Source of the DNA: Haliotis cracherodii
Taxonomy: Eukaryota
Reading direction: 5' to 3'
Length of the DNA: 64,000 nucleotides
Assembly (NCBI RefSeq): GCF_022045235.1
Contig: NW_027266265.1
Coordinates: 2,480,001 to 2,544,000, forward strand
Below are positions 51,525-63,707 of this stretch, piece after piece; the first letter of the stretch is position 1; every line of letters begins with the position of its first letter. Under the pieces are notes generated by a model. It was not told the origin of the DNA. It was given only the letters and a program-made list of their open reading frames with translations, and ran no database searches. A program made the position numbers and the translations under genes.

Positions 51525-52780
51525 ATAAATTATTTGTGTTAAAACAATGTAAAAATACCACCCTTACTAAAATGTACAACATGAAATCATAATTAAAAAC
51601 TAACCAGCCCTGTGAGGGAGGTTGGGAGTCTTACTTTCTCGCCTGCAGGGAGAAGACTGAGCGTCATGGGTGAGGCGCAGTGCCCTCGCCCTCGCGGTAG
51701 CAGAAGCACGTGCGGATCGTGACCTGAGCAGCGGATCGTCTGCGTTGTACTTACCGAGTTACACTAATAAACTATTTATGTGTTCAAACAATGTAAAAAT
51801 ACCCCCTAACCCAAGAACGGTTGTCATATCCTAGTCTATATTTGTTTCTGTTGGGTTTTTTACTTTAAACTAACTGCTACAACTAAAGCTCGTGCGAATT
51901 GACAATGCAAGTCCTCTTCAGTTGTGATGTAACGCTCAAAGGCGTTTGACTTCCAATCACCGTGTAATTTTATCAGCACTTGTGGCATGCCGATATTCAG
52001 AGCAAAAGTACAACAACCCCTCTGGAAGGAATGTCCACTGGAATCTTGAGGTGATAACCCACGCGTCGCGAGCAAACGGCGCAACGCCTTGACAAACATA
52101 TCGTAAGTCACACAGTTAACCTGACCTTTGTCCAGAATGAGAACACATGGCATGTCGCCGGTATCGTGTTCCAAGAGATTGTAAAGCTGTTACTGGACAC
52201 AAGAGTGAGCCGGCCATGTTACACAAGGGAACTTGCAGAATCCTTTGACCAAACTGAATAGTTTTGCTATGTCTATTTGTTAAGAGCACTTTATCACTAT
52301 ACCATGTGACGTCTGGAATACACAACTGCTGCCAGGGCTTTGATTTTTATCAAATTGGAGGGCAACAGAGTTGATTTTCTTAAAAATGAGAAGAAGCCAC
52401 CACGCAGGCTGCCCAATGAGTTATGGTGCACGGTGAGGTCAGGTATAAATTCTGATGTATCCTCAGAAGAATAGCAGGCGTGTTCGGTAACTTCTGTGAT
52501 GGTGGTTTATCTTTTAATCTGTGAATACCTCTCTTGATCATCCCAAAGGACCAACCTGTGAGAGGGTTCTCTAGTCCTGCATCGATGTGCACCAGGCGAA
52601 CGATATTCAGATAATTATTAATACTAGTAGCGTTATGGGATCTCGCCAGAAATGCAGTATATCACAGTAAGTGTAGATGCAGGCCGGGAAGATAATCCAT
52701 AATACAAACAAAATCGCATGTAGGATTTTAACATTGATGTATACGTCTTCTTGGTGCCCGCTGCATAGGCGGATTACTTT
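51525..52780 (-). mobile_element. DIRS-group (Ngaro-like) tyrosine-recombinase retrotransposon 3' part
   Basis: YR motifs IKRGIHR..QKLP.TP.IL, SKTIQFGQR, LCPVTAL, SGHSFQRGCCTFA..IKLHGDWKSNAFERYI; downstream direct repeat at 51525-51567 and 51770-51810. Confidence 0.85.
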
Positions 52781-52925
52781 CTGTCGGAATGGTTTGTAAT
52801 AATTTCTTGTTATAGTTTGAGTAAGGTATTTATTCAGATGTCATTTACGTGCAAAACCGATCTCTTCTGATCTTTAACATTAAATCACATTTTTATGCTT
52901 CAAACTAATAAACACATTCGCAAAA

Positions 52926-53950
52926 TGACTTGCTTTTGTTTCGACTCTTTGTTCATATATTCCAGAGCTGTTAAAATGGACATTGATTCGGCTGTAAATA
53001 TGGAAGAGTTATCTGGTAATCGAGTTGATAAAGTTCTGGATCTAATGAAAATGGTGCTGGCAACTGTATTACTATCCTTGGAGGCATCTGTAAATATGGA
53101 TTTGTCAGTATCAAATTCGCTTCTAAACTGATTTTGTTCCTGTTGATACTGTAGCTGATCAGTTTCAGAATTCTTTAGTTTAGATAATGTAAGATCCACT
53201 TTTGGCTTTTCCAATTGCCAAGGAGGAGAGGAAAACAGGCAGAAAGAAAATATATTTTCAAGTCTCATATCAGCAGCAGATATAAAAGGTTTAAGTCTTA
53301 TCCCCTGAGGCGGAAAAAGAGATGACTTCTTATTGTACAAATCATCAGAAAAGAAAATAAACACACAGAAAGTATACAGGGTTATACTTATTAGAATGTT
53401 ACTTTGTGATATACTGTAACGATAGTTTAATGCGGCGTTGCTTAAGAGATGGCTCATCAGCCTCAACGTACAGACTGTCAATGGGAGATGTTTTGAAAGT
53501 CTAAGACCTTGGTGATGATTTGGACCGAGTAATCTAAGGTTACTCTTTTCAAGTACCACCACAGATGAAGGAGTAATAATCGAGTTTAGAACGGAAAAGT
53601 GATCTGTACACGTGAAGGATGGTCGACTGATTTCCTCCCCACTTGGAATAAGAAACAACCTTTATAAATCCAATGCCTTTAGATATTTAGCTTTCAGTTA
53701 TGTAATATGTGGTAAGAAAGTAAGGTGATGATTAAAAATTATTCCTAAAAATGTAGCATCCTTTACAACGTTAATTAGAGTTACCGCTAGACTTAATCTG
53801 GATCCCTATGTTTTCGACAGAAATGAATGCAATTTGTTTTATATTTTGAAAACAAAACTCAAACCGTTACATTGAGTCCTATCATTGAATTTATATATAA
53901 AAAGATGCAACTGTCTCTCAATTGTGTATATTTTTACCTCGACATGATAC
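52926..53950 (-). mobile_element. LINE relic with RNase H (I/Nimb/Ingi-like)
   Basis: IFTDASKD..TVAS..STRLPDNSSIFTAESMSILTALEY (RNase H), preceded by HHQGLRL, PPWQL..PKVDLTL and FLGIIFNHHLTFLPHI..LKAKYLKAL. Confidence 0.85.
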
Positions 53951-55544
53951 ATTAAAATCAGCATTAAATATTTAGCAATCAACAGAGTCCTTAAAAACCC
54001 TCGAAAAACTATTTATATTGATACTAAACAACGTCAGCAATAACATGCTACCTTGAGGGACACCATGGCCATCATCTTGATCGTACAAATCAGACAAGGT
54101 TGATCCAACATGTATCATGACAACCATGATCTTGCCACATACGGATTTGTGCCCATGACATGGTCGGAATCGTAAATGATATCTGTTTTCACAGCAATTT
54201 CTAAGGATGATGGAAAGGATTCTGTCGGTTTTACTTTTATGCAGGAGGAACTAATAATGAGCATATTGTTAAACTATAAGTTACCTTTGAATATATTGGT
54301 GGCTTAGATGCTGCCTTTAAATAACATTGTGTCAGAATAGCAGCTGTTACAATTGGAATCAACCTTTCTAAAAGCTACACTTTGACCATGTCAACATAAA
54401 CACACTCATGTACCATTATGTTGAGAGATGACACGCAGTTCGCCTGTGGAGTATTCCGAATGTTGTTTTGTCATGATAAACATTTTTAATAGAAACTAAG
54501 ACAAATGTATCTGTTTCTGATGTCTTTATCTTCGTTTGTAATTACTATTGAGTTAGACGAAGTCTCCAGACAATAATAGTGGATCTGATGTGAAGAAATA
54601 TGGCAATAGTGAAGGGATTATTGTGAAGCAAGCACCAATGACTGTTGTCACGTGTCTATTCCGAAACTTGAACAATATATATGTTAATCCAGAAATCTAT
54701 ACAACAACCGGTAAGTGATATACATTCAACAAATGTATTACGAAATTAACCAGGTTTACATACCAATACAAATTACTGCACAGCAATTACAATTACAATC
54801 TACACCATAGAGTGCTGGTACTCAGTAATATGATGTTGATGGTAATATGATGTCAGTAGTCAGTATCAAATACAAAAAGAAATGGGGATAGCAAACATCA
54901 GTGATAATAAGATATGTTCACCCAGCAGCGACAAAAGTCAACCTTCCGAGATTGGCGGAGAATCAGGAATGATGAGAGATCCTCACATTAGCTTGTTCCA
55001 AAGCGACAAAAACGCGTGTGAGTGAGAGACCAAATGTGTGAGAGATACGTTATGACGCTACGGTCCCCTTATACACAGTCCACAGAATATTCCATACAGG
55101 TTCACGGTATACCGGAATGTTACACACCACACCAGTGTCAAAATATAGTAACTTCCTGCCGACTGCATAGATTTAATAGTACCACATTCCTGACGACTAA
55201 TCACTGCCCAAATACAATGTAATGACCGTCTCCCGAATCTCTACAGAATAAAATGTAACACAGTTAAAATCGTTGTTAAATAAAAAGAATAGACTGCCAC
55301 ATAACACCGTCAATGATAATCATGGGGAACGCCAGTACATAGTTACAACATGAGTTATTTTTACAACAAACACTTTTTTCAACTATGCATTAACATACAC
55401 GACCATCTGACAAGATTACCGTACTCCAAAACGTCTTGGGCAAGATGTTTGTGAGTTGCTTCACAAGCAGCAAGTGACGTGGCTCCACGGTGAGCTACGA
55501 CGAGAACGCTACCAATAAGGCTGGCACATTATACCAGACAATTC

Positions 55545-55639
55545 AGTGACAAATATCATGAGCATCGATCCACACATTTGGGATCGATGACAGCGAGCCT
55601 GACCACCCGACCCCGGTAGTCGCCTCTTACGACAAGCAT
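55545..55639 (-). mobile_element. SINE family C fragment
   Basis: CGAGCCTGACCACCCGA.CCCG.TAGTCGCCTCTTACGACAAGCAT is the reverse complement of the family C body. Confidence 0.85.
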
Positions 55640-56137
55640 ATGTAAGACAATGTATGTGTGAGACTGTCTGTACTTACAGTTATTGGGTGCATGTAAAATA
55701 ACATTGCTCCCAGTTCAAGGGCATATGCAGAAACAGGACGGCGCTCTGACACTGATGAATGGTGTTTGTGAGCTGGATGTATTATCTTTCAAATTAGAGA
55801 TAAACGCTTAAACGTCTTAAGCACAGCACACTTTATATCACCATTTCCAATATTATGGCAGTGGCTATCTGGTTTTCTTTGCATACAAATTACTTTATGT
55901 ATCTGGTCGTGTGTGTATCATCAGTTGTCGTCTATTTACGTACACACGTGGCAACTCGATAGCACCTTATCATAACTACAGTCAGTGTAGCATAAACTTG
56001 AATGGAACTCAGAACAAAAGTAATCTCAAAACAATAACGAAGCGCAAGATATATCTTGTACGAAAGGCTCACAAATGCTTGCTGGTTGTATGTTATTCCT
56101 TTTTTTTATTTGTGACATGTTGCAATGTGTGAACAAT

Positions 56138-56325
56138 TGACTTGCCTTTGCATGTGTTTGTGAGGGATGTCACTGGTTGGCCAGGGTGCGCTTACCATTT
56201 CACGAAGGCCTGGTGTCATCACTATTTCATAGTGATTCATAAACACAAGCTCATGATAAAGTACAATCGTACTACTGTTTGCAGAGTTTACTTGTGAGTG
56301 TGGAGAGGATTTTGTCGCTTTTATT
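56138..56325 (+). mobile_element. Penelope-like 3'-end motif copy
   Basis: Same position in the duplication unit as 28795-28975. Confidence 0.8.
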
Positions 56326-56359
56326 TCAATGGATCTGGCAGATTATTCTTCACAAGTAC

Positions 56360-56770
56360 CAATAATGTGACAAAGAGGCAACCACGGACAGCGTTCCAAA
56401 GCCTGCTGCCACTGGACATGAAGAGAACTCTGATCTTGTGGCAGGTAGGAATATTTACGATCTGGAGACGTTAAGTGGAAGTATAGTGCTCTATTTAACA
56501 GAACGGTACGAAAGACTAGGCTCTAACACTCTTACCAATCAACAGAGATGCTAAATCGATAGGTTCTGCTTCAGGGGATATACAAGCATTTGTTCTGATC
56601 CCTCTTCAACACCTACGTCGTTATACGTCAACGGCAAGGATCCTCTGATTAAGCGTTATCTTTTATATCATGATAATTTTTAATGGGGAACCCGAGCAGT
56701 AAAACTGATGCACCATTTTGTTGAGTTGAGCTCTGACCACATGGTGCATCCAATCTTCATCCTGTGATCA
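56360..56770 (+). pseudogene. decayed reading frame, paralog 4 of the putative DEDDh exonuclease-like relic
   Basis: DLVAGRNIYDLETLSGSIVLYLTERYERLGSNTLTNQQRC*IDRFCFRGYTSICSDPSSTPTSLYVNGKDPLIK. Confidence 0.45.
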
Positions 56771-57486
56771 TGGTACTGCCATCGATGACATATTTTCTCA
56801 AGCTTAATTCATAATTGAATCAGCTTGTAGAACACACGTAGTTCATTAACAATCTCCAGCTGTTCTGTTTTGAAGGAGTACAGGTAAAAACCAAATAGAA
56901 CATGATGCGTATACACGGTAGTATGATGACACGGTAAAACAGACACGTTGCCTTAAAGAATACAGTCTAGCCACATAACAACCCATAGTCCTGACGGTAT
57001 CTCGATTTGACAACTCAGATGTCCAACTGAGAGTCATCGGAAAACCACTGCCAACCAAGTGGCTTAATGTCGTTTTAACCGATTAATTAAAAGCAGCCCG
57101 GTGATAGAAAAAACGTAAGAATGTCACCACCAAGCTTCATATTCCCTTAGCGGCACTTTATTTAAAGCTGGTGGCCCGTCAGAAATCCGGAAAGGCTCAA
57201 CGAATAAAATTACTTATTTGTGTTAATGCGGACACAATTTATTCTGGGTACCAGATTATAACGCCTACATTAGAATTACATTCAATGCATCGATCGCCAC
57301 ACTCGTGCGTTGATGTACGGGAGCATGTAACTTGCTAGCGACTGGCTGTGGGGATGTTTAACGAGAGATTTGAGCCAATTCGAATTTCGCGTAACATTGG
57401 TGGGGCATTCGTGAGATTGATATTCCTCTGCTTTATTGCCTAATTGATAATTGACGTTAAAACATATTAAACAGAAATATTGGCTT

Positions 57487-57620
57487 GTGAATGAGTATTG
57501 TTTTACACGGCTTTTACCAGTATTCAAGCAATATCGCGTCGGAGGACACCAGAAATGTACCCCTGTAGGGAATCGAACCCGTGACGAGCGGATACTTTAA
57601 CCACTAGACTAAACCACCGT
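57487..57620 (-). mobile_element. SINE family A copy with internal deletions
   Basis: GTGAATGAGTAT.GTTTTAC..GGACACCAGAAATG..GGGAATCGAACCCGTGACGAGCG. Confidence 0.8.
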
Positions 57621-57914
57621 CCAAAAAATCTGCTGAAATGTTATCATACGTAAACTAAACTCACAGCTGTAACGGAGATGGGGTTTTCTTTCAAAGTCAC
57701 ATGAGAAATGAGACGAAAAGCGATCAGCTTCATTGTACCTATTCGGTATTGGTATCTTTCTTCTTAAATCGTTTCGATGTATTATTCCTACTGATGTCAA
57801 TTAAATATTTTATTGTTTCAATTTTTTTACACTTTTTCAGCGCGGTTAGTCCTACACTGTCATCATCAAACTCGCTGTGCACCCTCAGCAAGCATCCCCC
57901 TTGTCGCTATTAGG

Positions 57915-58185
57915 TGAGTGAGTGAGTTGGATTTAACGCCGCTTTTAATAGTATTCCAGTTATATCGCGGCGTGTCAGCTTAATGTGGGAGGAAAGCCCG
58001 AAGTGATGCAGGTCTCAGACATTTACCACTTCGGTGAAGCCCACGAGCACGGGTATGGTGCTGACAAACCTAGTAACATAATTGGGTCGAACCGGGATTT
58101 GAACCCACAATCATTGGTTTCTAGCGTGCCCAAGGGACACAACTCTGCAAGCAACTCTTAGACGACTAGGCCACCCGTGCCCCCG
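57915..58185 (-). mobile_element. SINE family B, full length
   Basis: Reverse complement of 20145-20424; 12-bp TSD GTCGCTATTAGG at 57903-57914 and 58186-58197. Confidence 0.92.
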
Positions 58186-59279
58186 GTCGCTATTAGGAAC
58201 ATTTCTGCTGCTTCCAAGCATAATTTCAAAAACACCAGGTGCTATCACTATGTGATAACGATTATCGTTATGTTATCATTGTATTATTTATAAGTATGAT
58301 GTATGCATGTTTCCTTTAAGTTATCCATATAGACATATATACATATCCAAATACTAATTTGATGAAACGTTTTACCAAAACATGAAAACACTCGGCTGGC
58401 ACTCCTATTATCGGCTACGCACTAATCTGCCTTTCCCTTCTTCTGATCAGTCAGTGATGAGTGAAATGTTTAAAACACTGCCGTTAGCAACACCCCCCAC
58501 ATAAGCACAATTAATAACAAGCTTTCTTTCGTACCATTCGCGAAGCTTGCAGATGCTTCGACGAGAAGATGTAATACTCTCAGGGCAATTACAGACAGGA
58601 CGATGTAGAAGGTAAGAGCACTTCAAAAGACTAATACGAATATGAAATGAATAATGCCGTTTCATCTACAAAGGCCACAGTGAAGTAAATAGTGACTGAG
58701 TTCACTTGATCTTCATATAAATCTCCTTTAGCCACATATCAGCGCATTTCACTGAGAATGCCATGCAAGAACAAGGAACAAGATTACATGGTACATGTCT
58801 AACATATCTAAATGATCGATTTGAGTACTTTGGTTCAGGGGAAGTGTTTGTCCTTAGGCACCTCATTTAGGACATAAAGTTTGGAAAAGTGTCCGAAGGA
58901 CACTTTTATTTGTCTATTGTCACAAGGCTCAAAGATGAAATTTATAAAAGATCGTATAATGAAATCAAACCCTTGAATTTGTCCTTCCGAAATTGTAACA
59001 TTACTGCTTGATCATAAATACAAAGTGAATGCATTTTATGTTGGATATAGTACTACACATGAAGGAGTGTCATGTTGTGTGGTGTGTTGTGTTTGATGTC
59101 TTTCTGACCAGGCAAGGCTGCGGCATTATGGCACGCAGTGCCAGGCTGATCAATGAGTCTTTGTGCGTCTATTTTTTAAATTTGTTTTGCAGTGTTTAGT
59201 TGCAGGCTCATGGCTGGCACGTAAGGGTTGTTCGTCTGATTCTGAATCTGACAGACACTTGGATAACAGCAACGAAACT

Positions 59280-59480
59280 ATTTCAGTAATCATCAGAAAT
59301 CTCTGTTAAAAGCAGAGGCCTTTGTTCGATTCCGACTATATCACGAGCATGTGTGTACGAATTACTGTCAAATAGCAATGATACCAGGCGTTCGCAAAAA
59401 GTGAGCGTAGCCTGTCCCACCGGTGGCACCTGCCATAAACACATGCAAAGGCAAGTCATGTGTTGACATGAACAAACACG
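59280..59480 (-). mobile_element. Penelope-like 3'-end motif copy, inverted and well preserved
   Basis: Minus strand: GACTTGCCTTTGCATGTGTTTATGGCAGGTGCCACCGGTGGGACAGGCTACGCTCAC..TTTGCGAACGCCTGGTATCAT. Confidence 0.85.
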
Positions 59481-59754
59481 GAACAAGGCAAAGAAAGCAA
59501 CTGCATCTCACTTACGTTTGGTCACTGATATGTATAATTTGGAAATGCCTTCTATATGTCTACAATAAAAAACATTACAAAACTTTACTGAGGCCTAGAA
59601 TGATGTAACCCTGATCAAAAAACTTTGGAGCAATCCTGTTGTGTTCACAGAAGCCACAGTGGGACACGTGATCCTTTGGACTCCCTGTCATCAGGGAGTG
59701 GAACGACATAAATCATGCAGTCAATAAATTGTTGTTAAAAAGTACTAGGCAGGA

Positions 59755-59960
59755 TGTGAATGAGTGAGTTTGCTCACAGTATTCCAGTTATATCACGGCC
59801 TGTCAGTTTAATTAGGGAGGAAAACCTTTAGTGATGCAGGTCTGTACAAATCTAGAATAATATTAATGCGAAGCGAGATTTAATCCCACGATCACAAGCG
59901 TCTTGCGTGTCCAAGGAACGCAACTCTGCACAACAAATGACTAGGCCACCCGTGACCCCG
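59755..59960 (-). mobile_element. SINE family B, diverged and deleted
   Basis: Matches 57915-58185 (TATTCCAGTTATATC.CGGC.TGTCAG..GTCCAAGG.ACGCAACTCTGCA..GACTAGGCCACCCGTG). Confidence 0.8.
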
Positions 59961-60149
59961 ATAAGATCAGAAACATGGGTAGGAACACAATATACTAAAT
60001 GTCTACAGTACTCTAAGTGTTACAGCGGGTATCGCGTTTCAGTTTCGACCAAAATGTCTTTATCATGTGGCCAAACACTTGTGTCAAAGGAGGGCAGTGG
60101 ACGATAGAAGATGCTGATGACGAAGAAGCAGACATTTAAGCGTTCGTCA

Positions 60150-60530
60150 CCATGTTGAAGAGATAGCGAGGAAGGGTGCAACCAATATCATTGTGAGCAC
60201 AATGGACCAACAGTGTCTTTGTTATGCTGATGGATATTGTATTGGCAGAGCTGACAGCTAACAATCCCTCTACACTTTACCACATTAACTCCATCTACCA
60301 AGAGATCAGTAAAGACATTCATGTACACTCCCCCTTTCCACATGCATTCACAAGGATATGGCACTGCATATGTTTTGTGGAAAAGGAAATAAATACTTGT
60401 GGAAGATGTGGAAAGCATCGTCTCGTGCAGACGAAGGCCTTTTACTTGCATTACCCCTTGTGTCATAGTCAGAGAACTTTGCAGCGACAGAACGATTCAC
60501 ATGCTTAGTGTATGATAATACCATGACATC
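60150..60530 (+). pseudogene. probable piggyBac-like transposase C-terminal relic
   Basis: HSPFP...HCICF..K...GKHRLVQTKAF..YPLC resembles the HxP..RCxxC..T..CxxC..LC cysteine-rich tail; decayed. Confidence 0.4.
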
Positions 60531-60621
60531 TGACAAAATGAACGACCTCAGACTGTAACTATTCTTCCAAGCAAAACGGGTGAAGATGGTGCAAAAGCAT
60601 CTTCCAAGCCAGCTGTACCTG

Positions 60622-62131
60622 GGTCCACTTGCACAAAGCGATCTTAGCCCTACAATTAATATAAATCCTTAAGATCGCGATCTTAGGCTTTTGCTACAAT
60701 CGCCATCCACTAGCAGAAAGCGATTGTAGACTAAGATCATTGTAAGCTACAATCGAAACTTACAATTGGTCCGGACCAATCTTAAGTAGCTAATAAGATC
60801 GTTGTAGTCCCTGACAAAATGGCGTGCAAGACAGGGCTTGTTTCACATTAATAATCTGCTTTACGTTCAAACACTGCCTTTTGTTAAATTTTATGATTCG
60901 AATTGTCACTTCAACAACACGAAGACCGCACCACAGATTTAATGTCAGAACTGCGTTAACTGCGATAGTGAACCACATAATTATCGAGTGGATAGCTAAA
61001 AGTACTATTCCCACTCGTCTCAATGCTGAAGGAAGTCTGAAACAACATACCTTATCAAGAGACGGATATAACCTAAGTCGTCTGCAAGCGATCGGTAACG
61101 TCCGTGACCTTTTAGATAAATCAAGGGCAGCTAATCATAGTTAATACTCTAGATGGGAGTGGTTTCCCTTTGCAAAAGTATCGTAGAATCTTCCTTGCCC
61201 AGTGTAATAATGTTGTAGAACCGCCGAGCTCCCCCTGTATCTCTTTTTGGTCACATTCGTGTCAGTTATTTTGTCTTTAGTTTATCATTACAATTATCTA
61301 CAAGTAAACACAAGTTGAAGTGCACATCCATACGTTTAAATCTAAAATCGAGTGGGACGGGCACGAGCCGTTGTAATATCTGATTTTATAAGAAACTAAT
61401 ACAAATATTCATCAAACAAGCAAATACACATGATGAGACATTTGAAATTTGTGTAAAATATTCAATAAAAAGCAAAAGTAAAAGTCACACTTTTTCAAAA
61501 ACATGATTAATACATGAATAACATGAATATATATTAAATAACTGCTTTCTTGAAACATTATTCATTATTCTTATTTCCCGTGTATGCATTCTTGAAATCT
61601 CCCGTCTTACTGTGTTTTGAAAAGGTTGCCATAACATCCTTTGTAATAGCGGCGAAACTAAAAAACAAAGGATATACATGTTTTTAGGATTTTACGGAAA
61701 GCTCCCCCAAATAGATGACTATCATACATTTACCTGTTATTTTATTTGGACATATTATTATTTTCTATCTCTATTTTCATTATAAAAATGTCACTAAATC
61801 TATATGCCAACATTCTAGTAATAGCTTCCTTCAAATAATTGGGACCTTTCAACTGTGCATGGTGCGATGGAGGGAGGTACGTGTTGTATGTCGTAACCGG
61901 TTCCACACGTTGTATGCGCAGCAAGATTTGCGCGTTTGCAGACAACCGTAGACAGGAGTCTAGTTTAAGATATTCGTACCTCCACCATTGAAGATTTCAA
62001 CTCCAAGCCGTCTTACACTCGCGCTAAGATCGGTTTGTGAAAGTGGAAGGGGACAATTGTATGGCGATTGTAAAGTTGATTGTAGCCGCCTAAAATCGAT
62101 TGTAACTAAGATTGTTCTGTGCAAGTGGGCC
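60622..62131. mobile_element. PIF/Harbinger element, decayed
   Basis: TIRs GG(T/C)CCACTTGCACA...ATCTTAG..TACAAT; CTG at 60619-60621 and 62132-62134; subterminal TACAATCG/CGATTGTA repeats; minus-strand remnant YN...TVERS..LK...RML near 61800-61900. Confidence 0.8.
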
Positions 62132-63046
62132 CTGGTCAATAAACTTGGTATTGCAAGAGGATGTCCCAGGCCAGATACCTTTGGTTAGATTGAAACTGAT
62201 GTTGCCGGCCTGAACAATGTACATTGACAGCAGCAGTTAAGAGTACAGAGAATATTCAAGTGCAGTTGTAGAGTTGAGACTCTGCACTCTTAGGTGCACA
62301 ACTCTGGAATTGCACTCGATGTGCCATCTTGGATTTTAAAAGGACTGAGGTTACCTAGGCCAGGGACCATCCCTGATTGTAGTCAGACACAATGTTTCCA
62401 GTAACTGTGCCAAGTTATTTTATTGCTTTTATCATCCGCCGTGTCACGATGTTTAACCTCGGCCACAAGACTATTTGGTAACATGATTCCTACTGTATCC
62501 ACTCTTTTTAACTGATATCACAATATGGTTTTTTATCAAATGATATGTATGCTCATTAGAACCGTATTTCTTGTGACCGATGTAATGAAAATCAAACTCT
62601 TTAAGTGAACTGTATAGGCACCGATCGATGGCATCGTCGTAATTTCAGGTAGATGTATCAGATATGTCCTGTTTTTGTCTCGGCCATTACCCGATATAAA
62701 TCACTTACATGATTCGGATTTAACGTTCTATAAATTGTATTTCAGCTGTATCATTGTGTGGCAGATTAAGGTGGCGCGTCACACAAGTGTGATGCAGGTC
62801 GTTTACTACCTTGTTAAAACCGACGAGCAAAGTTATATTACTCACAAATCCAGAATTATCATATTCCAAATCCGGGATTAGAACAAATAATCGTCTGATT
62901 CTGACACTCAACACTGCAAGGTGCTGTACTGTTGACCACTGGCCCTCACAAGTTTGATTTTCAAACGCATTTACCAAAAAATCTATATATCACATCTTCC
63001 TACACCAGCAAACATATTTTTTTTAAACTTTTTTAATTTTTAAATG

Positions 63047-63178
63047 AGTTAGTCAGTGAGTATGGTACAATTCCAGCAATATCACTGCGGGGAACACTAT
63101 ACACCTTTAGGGAATCGAACCCGGGTATTCGGCGTGACGAGGGAACGCTTTAACCATGAGATTACCCCACCGCCCCCA
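63047..63178 (-). mobile_element. SINE family A copy (shared insertion with 31379)
   Basis: Same flank CCCCATA..ATG.AGACGCTGTACAAAGAGA and same diagnostic GGGTATTCGG variant. Confidence 0.85.
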
Positions 63179-63445
63179 TATAAATGAAGACGCTGTACAA
63201 AGAGATACCCGTTGAATCGGTTCAAGGTCCTCACATGAGGTCGGATCGTTTTACCGAGGCAATATATCATTTCACACCGCAAAGTGATGTACAATGTATA
63301 TTGAGGTCATATATATATAGATCAGTGTTGATTTCATGTGGAAAAACAAACGGCACTGGCGACACGTACATATTTCTTAGTTGATACCAATTAAGGTGTG
63401 TGGATCACTGCTGATCCCGTGAAGTAGTGGTAATTCCAAGAAAAT

Positions 63446-63447
63446 CC

Positions 63448-63478
<31 letters not shown>

Positions 63479-63482
63479 AAAA
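63446..63482. repeat. poly(C) tract followed by poly(A) tract
   Basis: Read directly. Confidence 0.95.
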
Positions 63483-63707
63483 TACTATGGTTATGAAGTC
63501 CTGTAGCTTAGTAGAAGGGGATATCAGACAATATCATACCACGAATGAACTGGTTCAGCACTGACCACAACCATAGTTTTTTGTATGCATATTTAACTTA
63601 TGTTCTCGAGTTTCTCACTCACCCATCCAGTTGCCCTGCGATGCATTGAAACATTGAATGCGTAAAACATACAGTTAAATTTAAATTTACGTACGTGTGC
63701 AAAATCC

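Noticed and set aside
51860-52592. Phage integrase or bacterial contamination
   Set aside because: Motifs (SKT.QFG, LCPV.AL, HSFR.G, GDW.S.A..RYI) fit DIRS-group YR, the frame is broken, and it is embedded in animal repeats.
52900-53658. 252-aa ORF as a host RNase H gene
   Set aside because: A chimeric frame through a decayed LINE ORF2; flanking RT remnants have stops and frameshifts, and the RNase H is truncated.
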